From: Raillietiella orientalis
Lineage: Eukaryota
Length of the DNA: 64,000 nt
Direction: 5' to 3'
Assembly (NCBI GenBank): GCA_036172245.1
Contig: JAYWIR010000010.1
Span: 1,426,001-1,490,000 of the forward strand
Shown here: positions 1 to 12,789 of the stretch, in pieces
Layout: every line of letters begins with the position of its first letter
Position numbering within the stretch: the first letter of the stretch is position 1
Program-made: the position numbers and the translations under genes
The notes under the pieces: model-generated
What the model was told of the DNA's origin: nothing
Databases searched by the model: none
Seen by the model: only the letters and a program-made list of their open reading frames with translations

Positions 1-340
1 GAGGTGGACGTTGCCTTTCCGAAAAAAACTCGACGAGTCCCTTTCGGTCGGACGGGAAGGACAGGGGACTCACGGGGCAGAAGGATCTTTGCAGCCCTCC
101 GAATACCCGGATTCGAGGGATAAGGAGAGTAGGGTATTTGTTCTTCCCAGCCCCCACCAGTAGGTCTCCCCTTCGATGGAAAGCATGCGAGAAAACGAGG
201 GTGCTGCTGCTATCGTCACGCGGGTGGGATGGGTAGGCAGGAAACTGTCCTGGGACTTTCCCTCCCCTTCCCTTTGCTCTGATCCTCCCTTCCCTTCCCT
301 TCCCTGCCCATCACGCCCTCTGGAGGGCACCTGCACCGAC

Positions 341-3300
341 CTGGTCTCGGAAGGGAAGGCTGGTGAACGAAGAGACGCTCTTAGCCCACTTGACGTTGAC
401 GAAGAGCAGCCTAGCTGCCGACTCGCACAGGGACTCCATGACGAACTGGGGCATCATCAGGGCACCGGGATACTGCACCGTGAAAAGGGTTGGAGGAAGG
501 TCAGAGGTCGAGTCCTGCTCTTGCTGTTCCCCTCCCGTTCGCTAGACCAACCTTCGGCAAGGGCATCAGCAGCCTCGTGGGAGATCCCACGCCGGACTTG
601 GCCAGCGTCTCCGCGGTGGGACTCTCCTCGAGCTTGGAGGCCCCCAGGGAGGAGGAGGTCGTAGTCAGCACGGCTTCGGCGGGAGGACGCTCGGCGACTT
701 CCCTGTTCCTCATGAAGAGGGAAGACATCTGCTTCCTCAGGGTGGAGTTCCTGGGTCCCCTCTCGTGCTGGACTGCTGCTCCCCGTCGGGACGGTGAAAG
801 CAAACGCTCCTCGGGGACGGAAGCAGCACCCACCTTCCCTGTTCATCCCGGCCTCCACACACTTCTTCAGTCGGCAGGCGCGGCACTGGTTGCGGTGCGT
901 CTTGTCAATCTTGCAGTCTTGTGGGCTCTTGACCTTGCAGGAGTACTGCCTGTTGCGCCGGATGGACCTCTGGAAAGCGGAGGGACCCTACTCTAAGACT
1001 CGCGCGTCCTCCCGGGAGGGCGGAGGTCAAAGGGCCTGGAAGGGGAGGAGGAGGAGGAGGAGGAGGAGGAGGAGGAGGAGGAGGAGGAGGAACGGCTGGG
1101 AACGTGGAAGGGAGAGAGGGAGACGACCGCCGCCGAGGACCGAAGAGATCAGGCAGACCGACCTTCCTGCGCACGCGACGCTGCAGCGGGGGGAGGGGAA
1201 GTCTCGTTCCTGTCCTCCACCCTTGCCGACGGCAACGTCCTCGCAGCCCCCCCGGCTGCCCGCCCTTTCCTCCTCGCTGCCTGTGGGACTCCTGCGGGAG
1301 CGGAACGCCGGGACCAGGATGAAGAGGAGGAGAAAGACGAAATCCCGGAGGACCCCAGGAGACGCCCTTTCGGATGCCCGGTTCCGGAAAGAGGGGTGAT
1401 CCGGTTCCCTCCCTTCCCTTCCTTCCTCTAGGAAGGGAGGGAGGACGGGACTTGCACCGAGAAGGACCTAGTGCATTCCTCCGGGAAGTCGGGAGTGAGA
1501 AGAGAAAGGAGGTGGAGTGATCATCGTCCCTTCCCACGTCATATCCCTTTGCCGGTGACCAATTTGCTCCCTCCCCTTAGAAAATACCCTCAGGACGGCG
1601 AAACCTTGCTGTAGGAGAGCTGCAGCACTGCTGTTGCGTCCCAAGAAGGAAGGAAGGAGGGATCCCTTCCCATTTCCGTGGCAACTAAAGCTGTAGAGGC
1701 GGAGACGCAGTGCATGACCCCCCTTTTCAATCTCCTGCCATCCGTCTGTTGCATCGGATGGACCCCCAGGGGAGCAAGCGGGGATACGCGCGCATCTCTG
1801 TCATCTTTCCCCATCCCTTCCCCGTGCAGCCTCCTCTTATGCGTCATGGGGGCTCAGACGCCAACCGACTCTCGGGAGACTCCCGGTTTGGCTGGATGGT
1901 CGCCTCCCGGAGGCAGCGAGCATCTTACAAGGAAGCGAAGGGAACCAGGGGAGCGAAGGAACGAGCAGCTGCTGGAGCAGGGAGGGATAACCTCCGACTC
2001 GAAGGCCCCGACTCTATGGAGGGAGAACAGAGGACACAAGGCGGTCAGGTAGGGAGAGGAGAAGGACAAGAGCTCTTCCCATCGCCTTTCGGGGGAGGGA
2101 AGGGGGGAGGGAAAGAAGAGAAAGAGGTGAAGGAAGGGTGAGACAAGGGGACGCTCTCCTGCTGAGGCTCCACCACGGCTTCGCGCGCCAGCACAAGACC
2201 TGCCACCGCGAACGCCGGGAGCGAGCGCTTCCTGAGGGAGCAGCTACCCGGGGCGGAAGCGATGGCCCCAAAGGCTGGACGAGGGACCCCGCCCGTCCGA
2301 GGTCACGTACCTTGAAGAATCCGGCGCACCTGGGGAAAGAAGTAGGGAAGAAAGGCTTTTTCCAGGGGGAATTTCGGGAAGGGGGGAAGAAAAGGAGGAA
2401 ACGAGAAGAAGGAAGGGAAGAAGAAGTAAACAGGTGTACTTACCCGTCGCAGGCGAAGATGCCGTAGTGCTTTCCCGAAGAGTGGTCCTGGCACACCTTG
2501 CAAGGAATGTCCAGCAGGATGCGATCTAGAAGAGAAGGCGCACGTGAGTGGCGATGCCAGCCAGTCTCCTACCAGCAAGAGAGAGGTTGCCCAGGCGGGT
2601 AGTAGGCGCTGTGAAGAGCCCCATTCCCCGGAAGGGAGGGGGTGGAATGCAGGGAGACAAGGGTAGCCACTTCGAAGCCCGGACGGAGGCGGGGCGACCA
2701 TGTTGCTTTTTCTTCCCTCCTATTCCCATAGGCGCGGGCACGTCCTCGGCACCAGCAGCAACCAGGGAGGGAGGGGGGGGAGGGAGAGGGTATTTCCTTA
2801 AGGAAGCCGTTCGGTCTGGAGAAGCGACCCCCGGGATGCCTCCGCACTCTTCTGCTCCATCCAGAGCTTCTGCTTCTCCCTCAAATGAAGCAGCTCCTCC
2901 GAGCGGCCAGTGGTCTTTGGTGAGGGTGGATGGAGAGGAAGATGCCGAAGCGATCCCGGGGGATTCCGAGAGAAGTGAAAGTCTAGGAAGAGGAGAATAC
3001 CTTTGTCACCCACTCAAGGGTCGCGGCAGGAACAATCAAGAGACACGCGCGGCGGCACCGGTCAAGGGGAGGGGATCATCAAGTCTCCCTCTGCCCCTTT
3101 CTGTGGGGAGGCACGAGACATTTTCCCTCCTCAGGACCACCTACTCCACCCCCCCGCGCTTCCCGAGGGGATTACCAGGGAACGTCCGGCTCCTCCTTCA
3201 GATCTTTGGACTTTCCGGTAGTTGGAGGCGCACGAACACCTCCAGAGGAGACGCGAGCACCTTGTATCCTCTCAAACCACCCTCCTTCTCCTCCTCCGAG

Positions 3301-3507
3301 CCTCAGTCCTCAATGACCCCGTCCCTCCTCCCCTCCCCCACCCCTTCCTCCCTTCCACGCACGTGCGCGAGGAGAGGACCGTCCTCTTACATCCCTCCTG
3401 CTCCTCTTTTCCAGGGCGAGGGAGCGAGGGACAACGCGAAGAAGAAGCCGCGAGAGACGGAAGAACTCACTGGAGACGGACGGCTTCTGTAGCTTTGCAG
3501 CCTCCAT
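341..3507 (-). CDS. tll: Nuclear receptor tailless / TLX (NR2E1/NR2E2 group), 5' six coding exons; remainder of ligand-binding domain lies left of the window
   Basis: Exons (minus): 3507-3471 (gccaccATGG Kozak; [12 protein letters not shown]), 2525-2444 ([27 protein letters not shown]), 2329-2311 (CAGFFK), 969-834 ([12 protein letters not shown]...[27 protein letters not shown]), 775-552 ([17 protein letters not shown]...), 472-341 ([32 protein letters not shown]). All introns are GT-AG and phases join. The CDGCAG P-box, [13 protein letters not shown] and [12 protein letters not shown] are diagnostic of tailless/TLX. Confidence 0.95.
1044..1091. repeat. (GGA)16 microsatellite in a tailless intron
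   Basis: Perfect trinucleotide run. It explains the poly-R and poly-P shadow ORFs 794..1399 and 905..1537. Confidence 0.95.
3122..3215 (+). repeat. ~94-bp dispersed repeat, copy A (tailless intron 1)
   Basis: tttccctcctcaggacc...ggctcctccttcagatctttggactttc; about 9 substitutions versus 5698-5791 by manual alignment. Confidence 0.9.
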
Positions 3508-5697
3508 GGTGGCGGAGTTCTTCAGCTGCATGGACGCAAGGAAGGTAGACCCAGAAGAAGGTGCGCTCCTCCGGCGAGCTCGGCCCGACGTCCCGGGAAG
3601 GGTGCAATAAATCAAATCCGTCCTCCGGCAATCGAGGGCTCCCTCTCCTTGGCGGATGGGCGGCGGAGGGATTACCGTTCCCCCCCGTTCTGGAGTCACA
3701 CCAATAGGAATCCTGTCGGAAATGGCTGCCGCAGACGGTGGGCGGAGCCAAGGCCCTATCCCCCTCCTGCCTCACGTGAGCCCGTTCTCTCGCTTCCCTT
3801 GTCTCTCTGCAAGTCTTCTCCCCCCCCCCCCCCCGCGACCTCTCTGCCTCGCTCACGCCCTCCGGGGTCGGCCGGCCTATCCTCAACGCCGCGGCGGGGG
3901 ACTTTGCCGCCGCTACTCGGGCTCATCCTTCCTGCGAGGAATCCTCCGGTAGGAAGAAGAAGAGGAGAAAGGGAAATGGCGCGCGTCCCCTCCTCTCTAC
4001 CCCCCGAAACCCCCTGATCCCTGGGGTGGCGCACGCTTCCGGCGTGCCTTGCAGCGGCGCTCCCTCCAGCCATGCCTTCCCACAGGGGAGAGGGCAGGAG
4101 GCGCAACAGTCATCTGCATGCGCGCAGCTCCCGTCGGGAGGGAGTCGCAGTTTCGATCCGCCCCGAAGATAAGGGCCGGCGAGTCTTTTCAGAGGCTTCA
4201 GCAGGGAAAGGGGTGAACAGGACCGGCTTCCCGGCTGAATGAAGGCTAATCCCTTTGCTTCTCGGACGTGACTCGATCCCGAGGGATGTGTCAGAAAGTA
4301 GAGGAGGAAAGAGAAGGGAAGGGGAGCCAAAAAAAAAAAAAAAACGCCCGACTGCTCTCGAAAGGAGGAGGGGGACAAGCTGGTGGTTTCCTGGCCCGCT
4401 GCGTGCCTCCGCCTCCTTTGTTCCCCGCTCCCGGCAACCGGCAGCTTCCGACGCCGGGTTTCCGGTTGACATGACGATAGGGCAGGAACACGGTGGAGCA
4501 AAGGGACGCAACCAGATACCTTCCTCCCACGAAATAGATGGCGGGCTCACCCGCCTGGAAAGGAAGGAAACGGGGGTCCTTCCTTTTTCTTTCTTCCTCC
4601 GAGGTCACTTCAGAGCCCCTGACTTCTTCACCCAGATGCCGTCTGGGGTCCGTCGAAACACTCGATCCGGAGGGAGCAGCAGCAGCCAAGTAACGCTCCC
4701 GGGTGAGCCACGCGCCACAGATCTCCAGTTCGAAGCGCAGGAACTACCTTCTCTCCGCAAGGGATAGTAAGGAAGAAGGGAAAAACAGGAGGAACGGAAG
4801 CGCGACGTCGGCGGAACGATCCGGAAGCGTCCGGACATTCTCGCCTGAATCAGGAATCTCCTGGAGCTCCGCTGGAACGCGTTCAGGGGGAGAGAGCTGA
4901 GAATGCTTTTCCTCATTCTTTCCACTCTTCCCCTCCTCCCCCCGTGACACCTTTTTGACGGGAGAGATCCCTTCCCGTCCTACTCCATCTTCGGGAGGTT
5001 GCTGAAAGCTCTGACCTCGGATACTCCTTATCCATGCCGGAACTCTCCTTCCTCTTCTGCAGGGGAAGCTCGAGGGCCAGCCCCGGTGCTTCCCGTTTCT
5101 TGCGTTCTTCTTCCTCCTCCTCCCTCTCCTCTCTTCTCCTCCTCGCTTGCTTTCCGTTCTGCCTCTGTTCTTTCGGGAAGCTCCCGAAATCCAAGAACTT
5201 CTATGAGGAGCGCTCCTTGCCCCAGACGGTTGGTTGCTGCAGATCTGACGATGGGCCACGAAAGACAACGACCGACAGAGAGAAACCTCCCAGACTGCTT
5301 GAAGAACACGTACTAGAGGACGGCCATTCTGGAAGATTCCACGTTTATTCGCGTCGGGGAAAGGGGAAGCAGCCCTCACACTGGAATTCATCGCGTACCT
5401 GGGGAAAGAAGGTGCTTTCGGAAGGGACAGGTAGGTCCTTAGTGGGCAAGAGGGAGGAGATGTAAAGGACGAAGGACGAACCGAGGTAAAGGGGAACGGA
5501 TTGTTCGGTTTCTTCCTTTGCAGAAGTCCCCTCTTTAGCTACTTTCTACGCATCGGCTTCCCTTTGGGAATCTTCCTCGAAACCTCCCCACTTCTTCTCG
5601 AGGAACGGACGCAACTTTCCTGGCAGCGAGCAGTCCTTCCGGAGACGAGACCCTCCCCGATCGATGAGCACACACGTCCATAGTCCAGCTGGTGCGC

Positions 5698-5791
5698 TTT
5701 CCCTCCTCAGGACCGCTTACTCCACTCCCCCGCGCTTCCCAAGCGGATTGCCAGGAGACGTCTGGCTCCTCCTTCAGATCTTTGGACTTTC
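5698..5791 (+). repeat. ~94-bp dispersed repeat, copy B (upstream of tailless)
   Basis: Direct-orientation copy of 3122-3215. Confidence 0.9.
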
Positions 5792-8700
5792 GCGGACTTT
5801 CCGTCCCGCGTCTCCTCACTGATGATGCGGGTTTCGTGGAAGGCTGATCGCAGGGGACAGACAGGCCTCCACGGTATTTTCAGATCCTAATCTGCAGGCT
5901 GCGCTCAGCTCACTGTGCCTGAAGGGAACTGAAGTGGCTGATCTTTTCCTTCCCGTGTGCCACTCAGCTCCTCAGGAGTCTTTCGAAATGGACCACTCCT
6001 GGAGAAGGAAACTTGACACAGATGGTCTCTCTTTTCGCGGTTACTCGTCCTCAAGCAGCAAGGTTCCTACATCCTCGGAACAAAAGGGGGACTTTGGAGC
6101 AACAAAGTGGGACAGACCATGACTCCGGGCGAATAAAAAGAAAAAAAAAAAAAAAGGTGAAGGAAAGTACGCGAGACCCCTGAAGCAGGCGGGTCGTCTC
6201 TTTTTCGTTCCAGTAGCTGCAATCCCGGTTCTGGGACCACGGCATTCGAGTGCGTGACCTGACCCTGTTCCAGCTGTAGCCAATCCGCATGTGTCGCATC
6301 CCGCCGGTGTGTGCTCTGCATGCTGGACCAGCATCTTTCAGTTGCCTACGGTTGATTTGCCTTCGGTCCTCTCTCCGAATTCTTTGCTTCTTTCTTTTCG
6401 CCCGCCCCTGGTGCGCGGAGCTTTAGAAGAGTTCCGCTCTCCGCTTTCTCCCGTAGGTGAATTCCGGAGCGCCATCTGGTAGCCTGAAAGCCGAGCCGAC
6501 TTCTGCCGGCATATCACGCGCCAAACGGCATGGGAGATTGGCTCGGCGTGATCCGCTCGCTGATTGGAAGACCCTACGCTCCTGACAGTTCCTTTCGACA
6601 AAGCGATTTTTTCGTTGTTGTTTTTGCCGGTGACCGTGTTGTGATGGAGGTGGTGAGGTGCTGCTCTGGTGACCTCTGGCTTGCCGGACTTCCTCGAAGG
6701 GGCATCACGCAGAGCTTGCCCGTGCGCCTATGCGATCGCGCTGGAGTTCCTCTTCCATCGTTATCGTTGGCTCCACCATCGTTCCTGAACGACATTTCCT
6801 CTCTCACCTACCCTTTCCTTCGTACTACACAATGTAGTACCCTTTCCTTCCCCTTGGTTGCTGCGATTCTGCTCCGCCGAGAAGTCTGATCCTGTCCTTC
6901 TTCTGGACTGCCTCTTGCTTTTCTGGACGAGTCCGTCCTTTGGTGAGTCAGAGAAAGTCACCCGTCAGCCGGTGGACTGCTGTATCCTGGGAATGAGAAT
7001 TCGACCGCCAAAGGATGCCCCGTCTCCGGCGACGAAGACAACGAGAATCGTCCAAACAGCCCCGTCGTCGACGACTTTTCAGAAGAGGCCTCCCTACGTC
7101 ATCAGAACGATACGATCGCCATCGGTCGAAAGCGACCTCAGAACACGATCTCATGTTTCCCATCATTCTCTTCGGGATTAGAAGAAGCCAAATTCCTCGG
7201 TTTTCGAGGCGTGTTGCTAGGGGATTCGGTTCCGATCTTTATCAATCCCCATCCGCCGACAGTCATTCTTTTCCACCCTTCCACGCATCTTCCCTTCGCC
7301 TTCATTTTCTGATGGTCTTTGTGTTTGTCTGACATGCTCCTAGGTCTCGAAGTTATCTTTACTTGTTCTTCAAATCTGTCCCTGAGCCTCGAGTTCTGTA
7401 TCCATCGTAAACAAAGACTACCATTCTCCCTCGTGCTTTGCACCTACTCGTGCTTCTTGTTTTTCTCACCTGCCTTTCTTCATGTGGCAGCGCCCCCTGA
7501 TGAACTGCTTCGGGAATTCCAAATCGATTGAGATAGTGAAAGTGTTGTTACCCAATAGTCCCAGCGGTCCTATGTCCATTGAAACGAAGAAGTATTCTCC
7601 AGTGAGCGGCGTACCATGAACTCGCAGATATGACATGACGCTCCTCTTGAAGAACCTGAACCTGAACCTACTTCGTGTGCTAACTGCAGCTGTAACTCAA
7701 GAGAAAACAAGACCGAAAGAAAGTTCATTTAAATTCATGAGAAGTTGCTGCTGAATCCATGAAAATGTAGTGAATTTCTTAAAGATTTCAAGATTCGTGA
7801 TCTCGTCACGTGAGAGTCTTCACAGCACCTCTACATCCAGAACACTCATAGAGCTGGATGCACAGCAGCTTAGACCAACAACACAGACACACTCGCAAGA
7901 GGGTGTTCGATTACACGGTGTTCGCATCTCATCAAGAACTGATGTCAACTTGAGGCTGGAACCCGAAATGGGTTCAGCAGTTTGCAAGACAAAGCTTGGA
8001 GGTGAAAATCAAATTAGGTCAAATCATTTCTCGCCTCAAATTCCTGATTGGGAAATTACGTACAGGAAGTGAAACTGATGCAGGAAGAAAATCGAAGCAG
8101 CTCAGATCCTAATCTGCAGAATCGCTAGCTCATTCTTTATCTCGCGTCTTCTTCAGCGCGTTTACAAGCAATCAGAGTGTCCATCTTCTGGAGTCAATAC
8201 ACGGGAGAGACTGTGGCAATTCAGGTGACCCTACCAGTTTGGCTGACTTTATGGAAAAGTGTGGAGCGCATATTTCAGAACATCTTCTGCCATTCTCACA
8301 GCTCAGTTCATTCACTCTTGGAGAGAGGATTTGCATCTCTCAATCCAGAGAAAACGGTTTAATGAGGTTCCTGCTGTTCCAGCTGCTTCGTCTCTGCTGA
8401 TGACCCAGACGTTGTTCCAATAGATGCCTCATCTATACCCTAGATTGGAAAGCACCGCCGTGCGTATAAGGAATCTCGAGTTTCTATACGGCGTCACCTC
8501 TTTTCGAGTACCGCGATCCTAAGTAGCTCTTGGACAGAAGTCGATGCCCCCCTGGTAGAAAACCAGGGGAACCAATCTGCAATGTGTGCTCTCTTTCGTA
8601 AGGCGTGCCTTCTCAAGTGCCGATCTTTCGAAAGGGCAGCGAACTCTCTGAAAGCGATAGTTTCATCCTTTTCGGGAATGCAGCTCTGGCCGATGCTTTG

Positions 8701-11700
8701 GGCCGAGATTGGTCGGTTGCGGACCACGAGTTCCAACTGTGTAGCTTTGCCTTGTATCTTGCACTGGACACATTCTTAATCGTAATTTGGTGCTCTACAC
8801 GTGCGCCATTACTTGGATAAAACAAGGGTTAGCTGGGCGATGCATTCGGGCTAGATTCCATAGAATCACAGAGCAGAGGAAGTGTTTCCTTTATCACTCT
8901 ATGGGATGTAATTGCCTCATTTCATTAAGCACTGAGGTCTTGGTGATGCTTCCTGGGGATTCCCTATTTGTTGGCACTTTTCCAACCTCCTCCTGGCACC
9001 TCCTCCCCTTCCCCTTCGTCAGCGTTTTGTATTTCGGTAGCTCAAGGGTGCACTCTACGTCCATTTCTTCAATTCCATGGCTTAGGAGACCACTACACCA
9101 CCCTCTTCTGCATTGTGTTCGGAAATGGATCTCGATGGGACGGGATCGAATGCATGCTATTCTTGCGTTTCCTAGAAGGAGAAAATTAGAGGAAGTCTGG
9201 AAACGAAGTCGATTGTCAACGGCTTTCTCCAGTCATTCAACGAGGGGTGGAAAAGACGGCAACAGAAGTCGCCGCCAAAGTCTGATGGTGCCATTCCCTG
9301 TCATGCCGCGCACTTCTGGCAATCAAAAGAACTTTTAAGAGACGAGCATTCCTGATCGGCTCCTCACAGCTGGCAAGGAATTGGCATCTTCAGTTCATCT
9401 TTCACGAGCTAAAACCACGGGGATGGAGAGTTTCCTTCGAGACGCCATTAAAACAGGGCCTGGCTTGCGCCACAGGCAAGTTCCGACTTCCATTTATATG
9501 TTCTTGAAGCATCCGAAAGTAGAGGAGGTTCCCATCATCGGTACTCCTGGTGCAGGGGTGTGAGTGATTGCTGCAAGAGCTCTGGAGCCCTCTGCGAGGA
9601 TCCGAGAAGGGAAGCTGCCAGTCTGCGATCTTTGCAATGCCGGACTCTCTTGAAAGGTCGCTGCAAGTACCTTCGCGTGGACGTTGGCGATTCGCGGTTG
9701 CTGCCTCCCGAAAAACAACGCGCGGCCTTCACCTTTCGCTTGTCGCCGACTCCAGCCTCCGGACCGATCATCGGGTCAGTTTGAGCAGGTCAGCATGTGA
9801 GCCGGATGATGCAGCTTCGAGCAGAGATAGAATTTTTTGTGGGAGAGAGTGGCTCTCGGCCTTGGACACACTTGGGTGTCGCTTCGTTAGCCTCCTCCCG
9901 GTGTTCTGGAAAAAGCCGCGAACAGTGCCCGACTCGATCTGCATTTCTCCACTGTCCCGAAGAACACGCTACGTGCGCGTTCCCTGCTCAAGCCACAACA
10001 GCAGGGAGTTCCTGGTGTCATTTTGGTGTTTGTTCTCAAGTGGCCACACTGCACGTCCTTCCAATGCCCCTGCACTGAGTCTGCCTCAGAAGGAACAGAG
10101 CAAGGTGGTGGGAAAAGGCATATCAAATCCCGAGGGAGCAAGTGAAGGAAAGCGCCTGATTTTTTCCGAAACCTCGCGTTCCCGGAGGGAACCCTTGCGT
10201 AGGGATGGACGGGATCACACGGAAAACCTTTCTTCTTCTTCCTTTTCCTTGCGTGAGGACATCATCCCTTCATATTTGGCAGCGACCTCTCATGCTCGCC
10301 ACTCATCTCGCCTTGCGCCTCCTTGGACAGTCTTCTTGCCTTTGCGGGGTGATTGGAATGGACGTATCATCCTGAGCACACTCGATCTCGGATACGGCTT
10401 GGTTTTACGCACCGGTCTCTCCCTCTCAGTGTGATGGGAGGCTCCTGGACCCAGTGCAGAGGGGAAGTTTCTCCGCAGGTACTTTCTGTTCCTCGGAATT
10501 CCGCGATTCCAGCATTCGGACTCGATTCAGACGATTCCAGAAGGCCCGTCCTGGAGTCACCCGCCCATGCTGAGGAGCTCTAGAACAAACAGCTTCCCTC
10601 CCCTTCTATCTCGCTCCCTTTCTCCAAAAAAAGGAGGGAAAAATAAAATAAAATAGAAATACAGAACCCCCGCTGCCACATCAAAAGGGAAGCGTCAATT
10701 GGGAGAGCGGCGCTCGCGCATCTGCCAGGAGTCGAAGACTTTAGGGACATTATCTCCTGCCGAATACCACCGAGAGGCCCTCCCGGGCAGGATCGATTCG
10801 GTAAGGCTCCGCTCTTCCTCCTCTCTCCCTGCGCAACGGAAACCGCTGATCCATTTTGAAGAAGCGAAGGGTGCGCTGCTCCTGGTCAACGCAGGAGGAA
10901 CGTTCCTCCTCCCCTGGAGACGAGACGAGGATCGCCATGATCCAGGAGCCTAGATCTTTCTTCCCTCCTTTTTCGCCGCTTCCCGGGGAAGGCGAGATGG
11001 AATGGCGGAGACTACGCCAGATGCTCGATGTTCCGGGAAAGGAAAAGTTCGAAGGGAAGCCGTGAAAAGGATTCCCCTGCTGTACCGGCGAAGGAATGCC
11101 TCGCTGAGGGGGAGGGAGAGGAGAGAAGGGGGAGGGGAAGCGGATGGGCGTCAACGAGAAGCCGATCGCTCGGACTAGAAGGAATGAGAGGAGGAGCTCC
11201 TGCAAAGTCTGTCGAGAGTCCGTGAGCCTTTTCTCTTGCATCCTCCTGTCCCTCGCCTTCCTCGTTACGCGAGTCCTCCAGCGAACCGGCGAACGGGGCG
11301 AAGACACGCCGCCAGCTCCCCCTACCTTCTTTGGAGAATGGCTGGGGATGGCCGGACCCCACCTCGGGGCAAAGGGAGGAGGAGGGGTCGAGGCGGCGGC
11401 CGTATCCCCCCTTTCATGCCCGCTCCGAAACCATTCCACCCCTACCGGGCTGGCGGGGGACTCTTGCCACCCGCTAGGGCGGCGCTGCCAAAGCTGCTCG
11501 CCGGCCGGCTACGTGCTCGCTTTTGGCGGGAGCTTCGCCGCGGCCGGCCTACCCCCTTGCCGGACGCGCTCCTCCCAGGTAGAACTCAGGTCCGGGGAAG
11601 AGGGAAGGGTGGAAAAGGGGGGCGAGAAGGGAGGGCAGGAAGAAGAAGAAAGGAAGCCTCTTGCTAAAAAGGTTCCGCGACGTTCCTTTTCGACGCGACC

Positions 11701-12716
11701 GGACAACAATTTGCTCCTTAATGGACACTGCGCGAGGTTTCGGAGGAAGGCCCCCCGCCGGGAGGCATTCTCCCCCGGCGCGTCGGCGGCACCCCACTGC
11801 CATCGCCCATGCATTTAGCCGTCCTCCAGACTAAATAACTTCCAGGTCCGATTTGTCAGCAATTTGTCCCGGGAAGAAAGGGGCTCCCCCCCTCCCCGTT
11901 TTCTTCCTCCCGCCACAAAGGGCCGCGGGTCGCTGGAGTGCTCCTTTCAAAGGCCGCCTTTCAACGCCTCATTTTCCGGATTGTTGCGAAACACAATGCG
12001 GTCCCTGTTGAATGGCGGCCCCACGGGCGCGGCGAACCCCCGTTGGGTGCTTCCCCCCGAACGAGTTCATCCGCGGCCCTCTCTGTTGACGTCCCGAGAG
12101 GGGGCGCGCCGCACGTCGCCCCGCCGGGGCGACGGCGTCGCCAAGTGAAGCGCTCAAAGTTACGGGAGATGTCACGACAGATGTAATGAAGTGAGGGTGG
12201 AAGTCCGCGGCGCAGGGGACTCTCGCTGTCAGTTCGTCAACAGATTAAGGGTAGGGCGTTCGCATTGTCCGCGAGGTAATCCCGTGAAATCCTGCTTGTT
12301 TCGCGATTCTCCCTTCCCCTCCCTCCTTCCCTCCCCTCTCTCCTCCCTCCTGCTCTTGGGAAGTTATTGCGTCTAACGGCAAAACCATTGGCGAGAGGAC
12401 CGCTCACGGTTCCCTCGGCAGCCGCAGCATCTCTTTGGAAAGAGACGGGGAGGGGTGGGGGGAAGGGGGCAGGAAGAGGAAGAAGGGACGCGGATGGCGA
12501 GCGGGTGGAGAGCAGGGGAGGGGAAAGGAAAAGTCGTCGTCACTGCTGCCGCCCCCAAAATGGCGAATGCTTGTGGAAAAGCGTTCCTTGTTGCTGCCAT
12601 CGTTCGATCGCGCGTTCTTTCCGGAAGCGGAGACAGCAGAATGAGGACAGAGCCGGAACGGAGGAAGATGAAAAGGAAGAGGGAGGGGAAGAAAGGTCAC
12701 GCTTTGATACTACGAC

Positions 12717-12747
12717 GTTGCTTCTCGGCGTTTTGGCCAAGACCAAG
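12717..12747 (+). pseudogene. U2 snRNA 5'-end fragment (about nt 1-31), degenerate
   Basis: GTTGCTTCTCGGCGTTTTGGCCAAGACCAAG versus the conserved U2 5' end ATCGCTTCTCGGCCTTTTGGCTAAGATCAAG (recalled): 26/31 identical, ungapped. The rest of U2 (GTAGTA branch-site pairing region, Sm site) is absent. Confidence 0.7.
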
Positions 12748-12789
12748 GAAGAACAAGGGAGAAAGAAGAGTAGGAAGAACACTGCGGTG

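Noticed and set aside
70..5819. Many long overlapping ORFs (e.g. 794..1399, 905..1537, 2548..3492)
   Set aside because: They are GC-rich shadow ORFs and microsatellite translations. The real coding signal is the spliced minus-strand tailless gene.
7077..7110. CTGATGA...GAAA on the minus strand suggesting a hammerhead ribozyme
   Set aside because: Stem II lacks the closing G-C pair and I could not form stems I and III.
9568..10434. 288-aa ORF on the + strand
   Set aside because: Ser/Arg-rich with no recognisable domain; probably antisense to decayed element sequence.
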